Assembly: GCF_001194135.2 (NCBI RefSeq)
Contig: NC_068981.1
Span: 117,460,191 to 117,519,584 of the forward strand
Reading direction: 5' to 3'
DNA: 59,394 nt
Origin: Octopus bimaculoides
Taxonomy: Eukaryota
This document shows, piece after piece, positions 23,548 through 36,845 of the stretch. The position numbers and the translations under genes are program-made. Within the stretch, counting starts at the first letter, position 1, and each line of letters opens with the position of its first letter. The notes beneath the pieces were generated by a model that ran no database searches, was not told the origin of the DNA, and saw only the letters and a program-made list of their open reading frames with translations.

Positions 23548-23715
23548 TATATATATATATATAGGTAGATAGATAGACAGATTTATAGATAGATAGATAG
23601 ATAAATAGATAGACAGACTTATAGATAGATAGATAGATAAATAGATAGACAGGTAGACAGGTTGGCAGACAGACAGAGAAACAGACAGCAAGACAGACAG
23701 ATAGATAAATAAATG
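23548..23715. repeat. (TA)n/(TAGA)n/(CAGA)n microsatellite
   Basis: Directly visible. Confidence 0.9.
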
Positions 23716-24314
23716 TACTTATGTAGCAAATATAACTTTGCATATGTAAGTGTAAATGAGAATCTGCGTGTCTTAGTCAACAAATGGATGAGTGTATCTA
23801 TGTGAGTATGAGTATAAAGAGAAAGATGTATATATTCACGACTTTGTAAGTGCACAGATGTTCCATTTTCATTCATACAGACATGCATAAACAACTTTCG
23901 AAATGCTGCAGCATACTTGAAAAATTGGCATCTTAAATTCCTCCCATTTCTCGGTGCCATCACAAAAATATTTCCTTGGCAATCATATTAAAAAATAATA
24001 AAAATAATAATAAAATTGAATAAATAAAGGACAAAATATAAAATAACAAAATTTAGATAGTGGGTGACACTATGTTCTTCTATGAATGAATTCTTAATCT
24101 GCCAAAGTTTTATCACTTTATCAAAATATTTCAAACCATTCCGATAGTAGCATCGTTGCTGTTGGAGTCTTGTAGAGTGGTGCTTTATCATGTGTTTTAA
24201 TCTGCTGCCAATACTATAGATATTAAGATCATTTTGAATATACATGCATACATACATACATACATACACACACACATATATATATATACACAGTTATATA
24301 TGTTATGTATTATC

Positions 24315-24361
<47 letters not shown>

Positions 24362-24499
24362 NNNNNNNNNNNNNNNNNNNNNNNNNNNNNNNNNNNNNNN
24401 NNNNNNNNNNNNNNNNNNNNNNNNNNNNNNNNNNNNNNNNNNNNNNNNNNNNNNNNNNNNNNNNNNNNNNNNNNNNNNNNNNNNNNNNNNNNNNTTATC

Positions 24500-24536
<37 letters not shown>

Positions 24537-24852
24537 ATACACGCACTCACATACACTCACTACATACATTAAACATCTGGAGCCGATTGGTTTTTGTCTA
24601 ATCAGTGAAGTGGTATAGATTTTTCTCTTCGAATTGATCAAAGCCAATACATACATACATGCATGCATGCATCAATCCATCCATCCATACATACGTACAT
24701 ACGTACGTACATACATACATTCATTCAGTCGTTCCTTCTTTCACTTATTCATTCATACAGACACACATACACACAAATACAGTCAGTACAAGGAATATTG
24801 GTGGAATGTTCCCATCAAAACTTCTACCAAACATAACTTATCAAACAAAATG

Positions 24853-24893
<41 letters not shown>

Positions 24894-25189
24894 AAAAGAG
24901 CTCAAGTTTATTATCTCCCTTGACTAAAACTTCTGTGAAAGAACATTTCGGTCTAATACGTTTGTCGGCCAATTTCTGACACGTCTCGTCTACCGATGAA
25001 CCGTTACCAGTTTTTTTCCCCCTCTGTTTCTTGACAAAGGACGAAAATCCGTGATAGGAGCCTTTAATCAGAAATCTGCTTTATCAAAGCTATCCCCTTT
25101 GTCTAAACAAGAACAACTACAGTATCGACACCCAGTTTCTGCAACCATCCACCATTAACACAACGGTTAGTGCTTCACCACTGTCAACC

Positions 25190-25299
25190 ACCACCACTAC
25201 TTCTGATTCTAAGTCACCACTACTAACACCACCACTAATACCACCATCACCACCACCACTACCACCACCACCACCACCACCACCACCACCACCACCATC
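25190..25299. repeat. (CCA)n microsatellite next to a gap
   Basis: Directly visible. Confidence 0.9.
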
Positions 25300-26078
25300 N
25301 NNNNNNNNNNNNNNNNNNNNNNNNNNNNNNNNNNNNNNNNNNNNNNNNNNNNNNNNNNNNNNNNNNNNNNNNNNNNNNNNNNNNNNNNNNNNNNNNNNNN
25401 NNNNNNNNNNNNNNNNNNNNNNNNNNNNNNNNNNNNNNNNNNNNNNNNNNNNNNNNNNNNNNNNNNNNNNNNNNNNNNNNNNNNNNNNNNNNNNNNNNNN
25501 NNNNNNNNNNNNNNNNNNNNNNNNNNNNNNNNNNNNNNNNNNNNNNNNNNNNNNNNNNNNNNNNNNNNNNNNNNNNNNNNNNNNNNNNNNNNNNNNNNNN
25601 NNNNNNNNNNNNNNNNNNNNNNNNNNNNNNNNNNNNNNNNNNNNNNNNNNNNNNNNNNNNNNNNNNNNNNNNNNNNNNNNNNNNNNNNNNNNNNNNNNNN
25701 NNNNNNNNNNNNNNNNNNNNNNNNNNNNNNNNNNNNNNNNNNNNNNNNNNNNNNNNNNNNNNNNNNNNNNNNNNNNNNNNNNNNNNNNNNNNNNNNNNNN
25801 NNNNNNNNNNNNNNNNNNNNNNNNNNNNNNNNNNNNNNNNNNNNNNNNNNNNNNNNNNNNNNNNNNNNNNNNNNNNNNNNNNNNNNNNNNNNNNNNNNNN
25901 NNNNNNNNNNNNNNNNNNNNNNNNNNNNNNNNNNNNNNNNNNNNNNNNNNNNNNNNNNNNNNNNNNNNNNNNNNNNNNNNNNNNNNNNNNNNNNNNNNNN
26001 NNNNNNNNNNNNNNNNNNNNNNNNNNNNNNNNNNNNNNNNNNNNNNNNNNNNNNNNNNNNNNNNNNNNNNNNNNNNNC

Positions 26079-26397
26079 AAAGCCGACCTTGACGGAATTT
26101 GAACTCAGAACGTAAAGACAGATGAAATACCGCTAAGCATTTTGCCTGGCGTGTTAACATTTCTTATTTCTTTATTGCCCACAAAGGGCTAAACATAGAG
26201 GGGACAAACAAGGGCAGACAAAGGTATTAAGTCGATTAGATCGACCCCAGTGCGTAACTGGTACTTAATTTATCGACCCCGAAAGGATGAAAGGCAAAGC
26301 CGACCTTGACGGAATTTGAACTCAGAACGTAAAGGCAGCTGAAATACCGCTAAGCATTTCGCCCGGCGTGATAACGATTCTGCCAGCTCGTCGCCTT
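26079..26397 (-). mobile_element. Head-to-tail tandem of SINE family A: a full copy with LINE-like tail fused to a second copy starting inside the head
   Basis: Minus strand: AAGGCGACGAGCTGGCAGAATCGTTA...core...ACTTAATACCTTTGTCTGCCCTTGTTTGTCCCCTCTATGTTTAGCCCTTTGTGGGCAATAAAGAAATAAGAAA|TGTTAACACGCCAGGCAAAATGCTTAGCGG..., then a gap. Confidence 0.85.
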
Positions 26398-26439
26398 GAT
26401 ACATTGAAAATATTTACTCTAACTCTGTAATGCAGAATC

Positions 26440-26965
26440 GTCAACACCACCAACAACAACAACAATATACACAGTAATAACACAGTGAATCTACCACCCT
26501 CTCAGCTACTATTGCTATCACCAACATCACCTCAACACCACTACTATAACATTTGCAACAACCACAATATCATCAACAACAATATTCTTAACAACAACAG
26601 CATTAACAGCAGTACCGGCTTTTACACACCATCTGTATCACAGACAACAATAATAACATCAGTAATTCGACTAACGCCCTTACTACTACCAATATCAACA
26701 ACGAACACCACCATAACCTCCAACAACTACATTAACAACATCAACAAATTTACAGCCGTCGTAACCTCTACCACCATTGCCACCATCTTCATCACCATCA
26801 CAACCACCACCACCACCACCATCATAACAACAACCGCTGCCGCCATCGTCACCGCCGCCGACACAACCGCCTCCTTTGTTACCATCATCACCACCCCAGC
26901 CTCCCAACAGCAATATCGCCACATCTACCCCCCCCCACTCAACACCGTTGTCACGAACGACCAGC
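26440..26965. repeat. Degenerate (CAA/CAC)n low-complexity tract
   Basis: Directly visible. Confidence 0.85.
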
Positions 26966-27313
26966 AGTAATCTTTAGCATAAGTGTTTTGTTTATTTACA
27001 GTTTAGTTCAACTTGAACTCAGGGGCAAGTCTAGCACAAGTGGACTTTATTTGAAGACTCAAGTGTCAAGGCTCACTCAATGCACCAGCAACAGAATGAG
27101 TGACCACTTCTACAAAGATATCAACTTCGTTGATGATAGTAGTGGGTGGTTCAACAAATGTAAAAGAAAATAAATCAAATAACAAGACATGTACCGTTGT
27201 TTAAAAAAGAAGACAATGCAATGTCTACTATTTTCGATTTAGTTATATTATAAGAGAGGATAAAAGAGGGAAAGAGAGAAAGAATGAGATAGAGAAAGAA
27301 AGAGAGGAAGAGA

Positions 27314-27365
<52 letters not shown>

Positions 27366-27681
27366 GGGACTGCCAGGTTACAAGTGTCATACTGTAGACG
27401 GATGTGTAAGGAATTTGTTTCTAATCTTTAGCACTGTGTTTCATTAACTTGCAATCAGCCAAAAACAACTAAACTACAATTTGTAGCCAAGATATAGCAG
27501 ACTAAAGAATAAACCTCCACCCCATCAGAATCATCTCAGAGCTACAAACGGAAGTAGCACTGTGAAACTGAGGAGTGTTTTGTTCATCTGCAACGCTCAA
27601 TTCACATCCTGTTCATGGGTAATAGTAACTTTCCCTGGTGGTGACCATCACATCTACGATTCAACAAGAGTGAGTTTTGTA

Positions 27682-28628
27682 CAGGGTGCGCCGTAAAGAG
27701 TTCCCGATTGTTTAAATAAGTTTATTTTATTAAACTTAGTTTGAAATTTCCCCAAAATAATTATAATACGCCCCACGGCATTTAATTGTTCATGTACACT
27801 CCATTGTTTATTTACATTCAACGGGTAAAACGTTTCAATATGGCGAAGTGAAATTGTAGTTCTGAAAAAAGTAGGACATTGCACCAAAGACGTGGTTTCA
27901 AGAGTTGGTGATGATCCCAGAACAGTCTATAATGTCATGAAACAGCAGAGTGAGACAGGTTCAATCGACAGCAAACCTGGTCGAAAACGACCCGTAAGGA
28001 CGAAACAATTGGTGAATGTCGTCCGAAAGAGAGTGTAGCGAAACCCATAGCGGAACATGAAGCAATTGGTTAAAAATCTCGATATCCCCCAGACAATTAT
28101 GCGACGGGTTGTGCATGAACAGTTAAATAGTAAGTCATTAAAATTGCAACATCGACACCTAATTTCGGACGCTTCCAAAGCAATGCGACTGGACAGGAGC
28201 AAGAAAATGGCGGAAGAGATTCAGAGCTCTGGTGACAATGTCTTCGTCTAGTCGAACGAAAAGATATTCACTGTGAAGGCTGTAGCGAACGCCCAGAATG
28301 ATAGGATTTTGAACACGAGGCTGGATGCTGCTCCCGAAGGCACCCATAAGGTGTTTCGTCGAACGAAGCCCGCCGGAGTGATGGTTTGGGTGGCAGTGTC
28401 ATCTGATGGTGGAAAATCTCTTCTAGTGTTCATTAAAAAAAGGACGGCGGTCAGTTCAGCAGTTTACACGTAAATGTTAGTGGATGATGTTTTGATGTGG
28501 GTGACCAAAACATTTAGAGATAAAGATGTGTTCACGCAAGACGGCTCTCCTTCTCATACGCCCAGTGTGATAAGCAGTGATGCAGGACTCATTTCAGCGG
28601 GTTCTAGGACAAGAATGTGTGGCTTTTC
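27682..28628 (+). mobile_element. Tc1/mariner transposon (probably DD37D/maT-like): 5' TIR and decayed transposase, cut by a gap
   Basis: TA|CAGGGTGCGCCG start. Translation RTVYNVMKQ..TGSIDSKPGRKRPVRT..RNP*RNMKQLVKNLDI..VFV*SNEKIFTV..NAQNDRI..VMVWVAVSSDG..VFTQDGSPSHT (SDEK and QDGAPAH motifs). Confidence 0.9.
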
Positions 28629-28832
28629 NNNNNNNNNNNNNNNNNNNNNNNNNNNNNNNNNNNNNNNNNNNNNNNNNNNNNNNNNNNNNNNNNNNNNNNN
28701 NNNNNNNNNNNNNNNNNNNNNNNNNNNNNNNNNNNNNNNNNNNNNNNNNNNNNNNNNNNNNNNNNNNNNNNNNNNNNNNNNNNNNNNNNNNNNNNNNNNN
28801 NNNNNNNNNNNNNNNNNNNNNNNNNNNNNNNN

Positions 28833-28941
<109 letters not shown>

Positions 28942-29395
28942 CGAGAGAACAGTTTGTTCTCAGTATAAAAAGCACTCGACACATGTTCAGTTCTCAAAGT
29001 CCATTCATTTCCTTTATAAGAGAGGCAGGAACATCATGAAGTCAGATTGTACAACACCGTTTAAGATATAAGAGTTTTGTACAATAGAAGCTAATGTGTT
29101 TTTATTTAGTAGTTATCTATCTTCACATACTGTATTTGCTGTTTAACCTCAGATCACACTGATCAAATAGTCCTTGAATACCCATGGTTTATAACATATG
29201 TAATACGTATAGAAACATATTTTCTAATGGACCATAACAGTTTTTGAACAGATCAGGGTATGATTTGAGATAGATTTAGTAAACGACCGACTACAGAGCA
29301 GAGGGTTGTTGTGAACCAAGTGTGTGGAATACATTATCAAAAGCCGATTAGTTACTGCCACTATGCATCATTCACCATTCACTAAACAACGTGTT

Positions 29396-29437
<42 letters not shown>

Positions 29438-29616
29438 GAATGAGCTAAGTCAAATCACCCAGAACCACAAAGCGAATAAGGGTATATGAAATACCATACC
29501 AGAATGATTCTTGTTTCATTGAACTTATTTGTCAAAGGATAATAGAGCTGGTGTTTGGTGTCAATTGAGATCAGCTCCGAATAAGAAGAGGAGAATCTCG
29601 AAAATCAAGAATTCTC

Positions 29617-29621
<5 letters not shown>

Positions 29622-29693
<72 letters not shown>
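29622..29693. repeat. (CT)n(CA)n microsatellite
   Basis: Directly visible. Confidence 0.95.
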
Positions 29694-29695
<2 letters not shown>

Positions 29696-29919
29696 AGTCA
29701 GAGAAACTAAAAAGCGCTCTCAGTTTGCTCGCTTCAACTCATGGGGTTGATACATATCCTGTCCTTGGAATTGAATGCAAATCCATGAGTAACATACTTA
29801 ACAGTATACTTCTATGTATATCGTTTCCTTCATTTAACTGAAGAGTATTATAAAGGTGAACTAATTGCTTTTTTATAAACAAGACTTATTTAGTAAGAGG
29901 ATATATGTATATTTATGTC

Positions 29920-30118
<199 letters not shown>

Positions 30119-31395
30119 GTGTGTGTGTATGCATATATATGAATATATATATGTATATATGTTAATATATATATATATATACGTATATATATATATATGT
30201 AGGTATATACATACATATGCATATATGTATGTATATATGTATGTGTGTGTGTGAATGAATGAATGAATGAATACACACACATGGTATTTGTGTATATTGT
30301 TATATGAGAGAACACGCGTGCTCAAAGTAAGTGATAGAGAGAGTGAGAGTGAGGAAGGGAAGGAGGTAGATAACGGGAGTTAACTGAGAATGATTCTTTA
30401 CAATCACTAAAAGATGACAAAAGAAAAAAAAACACAAAACATTCGTAAGCAAACGGTTTAGTTTTCCAGACACCTTATTTTGTCTACTAATATAATATAA
30501 TATAATATAATATAATATAATATATATATATACCCCACCATTTTCCTCAATATTCAAATTTTCTCTCACTCACAGCACACATTTTTTGATACTGTTGTTG
30601 TTGCTGCTGGCAGTGGTGGTGGTGGTGTTAGTGGTATTGCTGGTGTTGCTGTTACTGTTCGTGTTGTTGTTGTTTTGTTATACTTTTATTGTAGTTTTCG
30701 GTATTATTCATGTTATTGCTATAACTACTGCTCTTTGTATATATATATATATACATATATATATTTTTCCTAACTGCTTATTTGAAAGTGGTATATAACT
30801 GAGTGTGCATTCTTGCTATTAAGAATGATAGGAATTTTAAAAAGTAAACCACTTGGATATTTTTCCGAGCAATAAATATTCCGTATATAAAAGATCATAT
30901 CTGAGATGCCCGTAGCTTATATTTTATTAGGATTTAGATTAAGAGAAAAGTATGAAGAACATTTGTAAAGGGGGGGGGGGCTGTCTAGACCTTAAGCGAA
31001 GTACAAACAGCAGCAATGCACTATCAAACATAATATATTTATATGAGTGTTTGCATATGTATATCCGTGTGTGAGTATTTGTGTATGTGTGTGTATGTGA
31101 GCGCACACCCACCCACATACAAATATACACACACAAGTGCACACACAAACACACGCTCGAGCGCCCATTTAGGTATATTTGTGCACATGTTTTTGTCGTT
31201 GAATGCTCATGTGCGAGTGTTTATTGCAATTAATTCAACAGTTCCCGAGAAAGAGGAGAAAAAAAATCCTTGGAGTGGAAAGGTAAAAAGGAAAAGAACT
31301 CAAAATAAAACAACAAAAGACAATCAGCAAAGGAGTCTTTTAATTCTGTAAGGTCGAAATAATTGGCATTTATTTGTACCTGATACACCTGTGTG

Positions 31396-31462
<67 letters not shown>

Positions 31463-31560
31463 CGCATGTATGTGTGTGTGAATGTGTGTATTTGTGTGTA
31501 TCGCGGGAGACAGAGAGAGAAATACGTGGAGAAAGAGACTGAGAGAGAGAAAGGGAGAGA

Positions 31561-31596
<36 letters not shown>

Positions 31597-31675
31597 TTCA
31601 TAAATATTCTACACACATGAGATATAATAGTACATCGAGGGTTTTACCGTTTTCATAATAAGAATAGACAGACAA

Positions 31676-31930
31676 TGGAAGCGTGTGGCTTAGCGGTTAG
31701 GCTGTTGGACTCATGATTGTAAGATTGTGGTTTCAGTTCCAGAAGCATGCAGTGGGTTGTGTTCTTGAGTAAATCCCTTCATTTCACGTTGCTACAGTCT
31801 ACTCAACTGGCAAAAATGAGTAGTCCTGCGACGTACCGGCGTCCCGACCAGGTGTGAAATTTATACGCCATGGAAACCGGGAAACCGACCCTAATGAATC
31901 GACTTTACTCGGGAAGGTAACTTTACCATT
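31676..31930 (+). mobile_element. tRNA-derived SINE family C (tail type 1)
   Basis: A-box-like TGGCTTAGCGG and core TTGTGTTCTTGAGTAAATCCCTTCATTTCACGTTGCT, shared with 34717 and 41795. Confidence 0.75.
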
Positions 31931-32252
31931 ACCTAACAGACAGACATACACGCGTGTATTATATGTATATGTGTATGTATGTGTATGAATGTATGTTTCT
32001 GTGTAAGCTTCATATGTTGATATAACTGCACACTATGTGATAGAGAAGAATGGCGAAAATAGAATGAAATTATTGAAAAGATCAGCATAATAATAACACT
32101 GGTTTACAGAGAAATTGAGACAAACATAAAAAAGCTGTTCTTGCCTAATTTTTGGGTACTGATTTCAGATACAAAACCAGTTTTCACTTATCATCCTCTA
32201 GTTTTTCAGATATACATTTTTATGGTTTTGCGACAATTCACGTAACGATATA

Positions 32253-32740
32253 CAGGGTGCGTAAGATATTTGAGGACCGATTTATGTTTATAAAAAAAAC
32301 CCAGATATATAATAACATATAATAACTTTATGCATAAAAAAATACTATGAGGATAAAAATAAACATTCTTTTCTATAATGATATTCAATAAAGCCATCTT
32401 CAGTTTCAATAACCGCATCGGTGATGTAGGACTTTTGTTCCCACACGCGCCCAAGGCAGCTTTGTATTTCGCTCTCAGGAGCATTTTCCAGCCAGCATGC
32501 AGTGGTATAAGACTGTGCATCTTAAGATATTCTCTATTACGTCGGATGGAGAGTTTAAAGCTACCCTTCTTCCATTCATTTTTACAATTTTCCTTGCCAT
32601 TTTAAAATCTTTTTCATCTATGCGGAAGTCCTCCAAATTCCTCGCATCAATCGCAAAAGAAAATGCAGCGGAGGCGGTTTTCGCGGTGGTGGTAGTGGTG
32701 ACATTCGTGTTTCGAAGCTTAACTTCTTTAGTATCGTTGA

Positions 32741-32771
<31 letters not shown>

Positions 32772-33030
32772 GCTGCTGCTGCTGCTGTTGTTGTTGCCAC
32801 CGAAAGTCTTGACGTTGCTTAGAAACGAAACAATATTCGCCTCGGTGACGTCATTATGTTTAGGCCATTCTACTTTTCGATCTCATTTTTCTCCCACGAG
32901 GAGCGCGTTCCTTTGTCGAACATTATGATGGCTTCTTTATCAGTCATCTTTATCTGAATAATGAAAACAACAAAATAGTATTTTTCCTGGAAGTCAATTA
33001 GATTCAAAACATATTGATGGGCATCCCCTG
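32253..33030 (-). mobile_element. Internally deleted Tc1/mariner element with a microsatellite expansion
   Basis: TA|CAGGGTGCGTAAG TIR at 32253. C-terminus DAVIETEDGFIE; middle RNLEDFRIDEKDFKMARKIVK; N-terminus MTDKEAIIMF. The other end (CATCCCCTG, 33030) only weakly matches the TIR. Confidence 0.55.
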
Positions 33031-33159
33031 CAAAACAGGGGGTGTTTCTACACAAAAAATACTGTCTGCACAGTCCAGACAATTTCAGAAATGCAATGAT
33101 AACAATAAAATGAAAACACAGGGCTTTAGAAAACCGAAATGATTACAAACACTATTTCA

Positions 33160-33915
33160 ACTTACGGAGCTCCAAATTTCTGTCACATTAGTCAATCATA
33201 ATGAAGATGAAGTATGGTTAAAGAAAGCGAGGGAAGAAGTAGTGAGTGAGAAGCAGCCAGATCAAAGATTAACTAATGGATTAATGAGTAAAGTGTTAGG
33301 GAAAATGTTGAAATGGAAGGGCCCAGGACCAGATTTAGTTCAAGGGTACTGCCTAAAGAAGTTTAGTAGTTTACATGGGAGGTTGTGGGAACAACTTCAA
33401 GATTGCCTTAATTGGAGGAATAATATCAGATTGGATGATTTGTGGGAGGACAGTACTTATCATAAAAGATAAGAGAAAGGGTAATACAGCTAGCAACTAT
33501 AGACCAATCACTTGCTTACTATTAATGTGGAAGTTGTTAACAGGAATGCTTTCAGAAATCATTTACGAGCACCTTGACAACCAGAATTTACCAGAACAGA
33601 AAGGTTGCAGGAAGAAGGCTAGAAGAATGCATGATCTATTATACATAGACAAAGCAGTTCTGAATGAAGTAAAAGCTAGAAAGAAAAATCTAACAATAGC
33701 GTGGATAGATTATAAGAAAGCCTGTGACATGATCCCACACTGATGGATCAGTCAAAGTTGGGTATATTCAGTATAGCAGACAACATAAGAGAATTCCTTT
33801 TAGCATGAAGACATGGAAAGTAAATCTCTACTCAGGTGACACACTGTTATGGAAAGTTAATGTCAAAAGAGTAATTTTCCGGTGGGAATCCTTCAATATT
33901 TGTCTTATGTTTGAT
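33160..33915 (+). mobile_element. R4/Dong-clade LINE reverse transcriptase N-terminal fragment
   Basis: KMLKWKGPGPDLVQGYCLKKF..GRTVLIIKD..ASNYRPITCL..WKLLTG..EQKGCRKKARRMHDLLYIDKAVL..LTIAWIDYKKACDMIPH*WI..VNVKRVIFRWES (RT domains 0-4). Frameshifted. Confidence 0.92.
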
Positions 33916-33924
33916 CCCCCTCAG

Positions 33925-33980
<56 letters not shown>

Positions 33981-34024
33981 CATTATCATCATCACCGCCA
34001 TCATCATCATCATCATCATCATCA

Positions 34025-34080
<56 letters not shown>

Positions 34081-34081
34081 T
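33925..34081. repeat. (ATT)n(ATC)n(ATT)n microsatellite; tail of the minus-strand Dong 3' UTR
   Basis: Directly visible. Confidence 0.95.
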
Positions 34082-34175
34082 AGTAGACTTATTTTTATAG
34101 CGTGCTTTCACTGCATTACCGAGCGCAGCTGTGTGTGCCTTGGGTATGTGATGTGGTTTGCTGTGATGCTCTTAT
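34082..34175 (-). mobile_element. ~95-bp 3' UTR of the R4/Dong family seen at 976-1070
   Basis: GCGTGCTTTCACTGCATTACCGAGCGCAGCTGTGTGTGCCTTGGGTATGTGATGTGGTTTGCTGTGATGCTCTT aligns with 1005-1068. Confidence 0.85.
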
Positions 34176-34546
34176 GTTATCGAGTGAGTTTATTGAAAGG
34201 TGGGTGAAAGTTGTGAAAATGGCAAGAGTGGATGGTACTTCTCTAAGTGTAGACTTGTGAGTCGGAGAGAAGGAATTGGAGAGGGCACTTGCTCTTGGGG
34301 TCTCAGGGAAATCTCGGACAGTGGGGTTCCTCGATTATCCTTAGAGGCCTTCCTGTATCAGGAGGGCCACATCTCTATCATCCTCCTCGCCACTTTTATT
34401 TTTAACGTTTGTGTCCCTTCTTTTTCAGTGCATACCGTGTATACCTACATTTTTCTTATCATGTCATTATGTGTAAACCCCCACTTTTTATGTCTGTCTT
34501 TGTATTGTCCCCCTCATCCCTCGCCCTGGTGGCAAATAAAAGAAAT
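34174..34546 (+). mobile_element. 5'-truncated LINE 3' end, probably Tx1/L1 clade
   Basis: In frame MLSSEFIERWVKVVKMARVDGTSLSVDL* (34174-34260), then a 3' UTR ending TGTCTGTCTTTGTATTGTCCCCCTCATCCCTCGCCCTGGTGGCAAATAAAAGAAAT that resembles the SINE tail at 3159-3231. The Tx1 assignment is from recall. Confidence 0.55.
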
Positions 34547-34630
34547 CGTTACTATCATTCTTCTTCTTCTTCTNNNNNNNNNNNNNNNNNNNNNNNNNNN
34601 NNNNNNNNCCTTCTTCTTCTTCTTCTTCTT

Positions 34631-34716
<86 letters not shown>

Positions 34717-35020
34717 GAGGGTGCATGTCTTATAGTGGTTAGGGTGTTGCACTCACGATCTAGCGATCGTGATTTCAGTTCCTAGACCGGGTGGTGTGTT
34801 ATGCTCTTGAGTAAAACACTTCATTTCACATTGCTCTGCGATCACTTCGACTCCTGACGCGTGGCATACAGTGCACCTGTTCAGGAAACGTCGATTTGAT
34901 GGAAAGAGTGAGCTAATGTGTGGCATGAACATTTGATCATTATAAACAAATCATTTGTGCAGGTCATTCGTCAAAAGCTGAACGCTCATACATAGTCTTC
35001 GATTGGTGAGTCCATCATTA
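34717..35020 (+). mobile_element. SINE family C (tail type 2)
   Basis: TAGTGGTTAGGGTGTTG head and CTTGAGTAAAACACTTCATTTCACATTGCTC core, with a different 3' region. Confidence 0.7.
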
Positions 35021-36557
35021 TTATTATTAACGCTGCGAGTTGGCAGAATCGCTAACGCGCCGAACAAAACGCTTAGTATTTAACAAGAACTGAGATACGT
35101 GTATAATAAATACATATAAAAACTTTAAATAAAAACGTTAGTATACTGTATACGCAAAAACGGACAATGTGCCAGCCATCTTGGCTCATTATAAAGTTTA
35201 GTCGGACTGTAAGTCAAAGGTTAGCTGAGCCTTGAATCAACTAAAGCAAAAAGTAATCTACTTCTATAATTTAGCAATATTCACTAGTTAAATCAATGAT
35301 AAACAATTCCCTAATAAAGCTTCATTATAATACTCTGCAACATTATTAAATATATTGTAAATGATGCTTCAATGAAGTTTACATTTTTAGAATCATTTCC
35401 AGAGATAGCCAGTGGATAGTTCGAATTCTTGTGTATATACTGTAATGTGTCAATGTAGATCCACATACATTCAATTTTAAGTTGTTTTGTACAACAACAC
35501 TGGGGACAATTTATTTTAAACTCGACAATTGGTGAAATATAATATATATTGTAGCTGGTTGTCCTAAACGACAAGGGTTGTAAATTAATCTGTAAGAAAC
35601 AACGATTTCCTATATTTTTTGTTTCTTTTAGATAAAAAAAAATTCGGAATGTATAATACTTCTTTTTATATGAACGATATTTTCCTTTGTCTGAATATGC
35701 AAATATATTATTGGAGTCATTGGAAAATTTTAGTTCTTATGTTTAAAGTTTGCTGTTATGATACAAGGGAGTTGTCACTGATATAGTTGGTATTCTCAAA
35801 CTATGCCCAGTCAAAATTAATATTTTTGTATGTATAACACTATCAGTTTACTATAAACAGTTTGTACACTTGCAAGTACATAATGTGCTTAGGTCTCGCA
35901 TATATGATACACTGAGTGGGAAATCTTCACATATGTAATACAGTGGATTGAAAATCTTTGATTCACTGAAGTTTTTCTGGCTGTTAGTGGACAAAGAACC
36001 CCTCTGGACGTGTTAAAAAAACCCAACTAGAAATGGAAGAAATTCAGTAAAACAAACTAGCTGAAATTTTGGATGATAAACACGATGCAAATGAGTGGGT
36101 ATTATCTTTAATGAAAACCGGTGAAAGCACTGGCATATGCGGTTTTATTACACTTCTCCAGCGATGTATATTTTACACAAGTGGTAAGACTTGAAATAAA
36201 TCAATATACAGAAAAACAGAATGTTGCGGTGAGGATTATCAATTTCAACAATATGTTTGAAAGAATGTTTCTCAGAGTAGAGCTCTGCATACTAAATACT
36301 CCTAGAGTCCCGTTTAATGAGATTGAAACATATCGTTTTTATTACTTTAACAATCTGCATTGCACTGATTTTTCAAAACTTTCAATTATTCGATTTTTTT
36401 ACAGTTAACTCCCATGTTTGACATTTGTTTTATAATACTCTATCGAAGATTTTCAACTCCCAATATTATAAATTGGGCCCTACCGTAAATGTATTTAGTA
36501 CATGCCATTTAATATTATTTTTGTTATAAAAGGAACGCCAAGGCTAAGGGCTAGTAC

Positions 36558-36845
36558 AGGATTTCTCAACAATTTTTTTTATCTATGGACCCCTTTGATT
36601 GCTATGTTACTCTGGTGGATTCCCATAGCCATTCGATGTTTAAAAACTATTCTTACACATACTTCTTTCAAAATTCTTATTTTGTTTTCACAATTCCTAT
36701 TTTGTTTTTCACACATTAACTTGTGTAGTTTGAACTAACTGATTCTTGCAATACATACCAAATTTTTCAGGGGCCTTTGAAACATTATTATGGATCCTCA
36801 ATTGACTCAATTATGTTGCGTGGACTCCCAAAAGCTACTGCTGCT
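36558..36845. mobile_element. Probable hAT/Charlie (MER5-like) MITE relic
   Basis: CAGGATTTCTCAAC-like start and repeated TGGACCCC-like subterminal motifs (ATGGACCCC, GTGGATTCCC, ATGGATCCTC, GTGGACTCCC). Confidence 0.45.
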
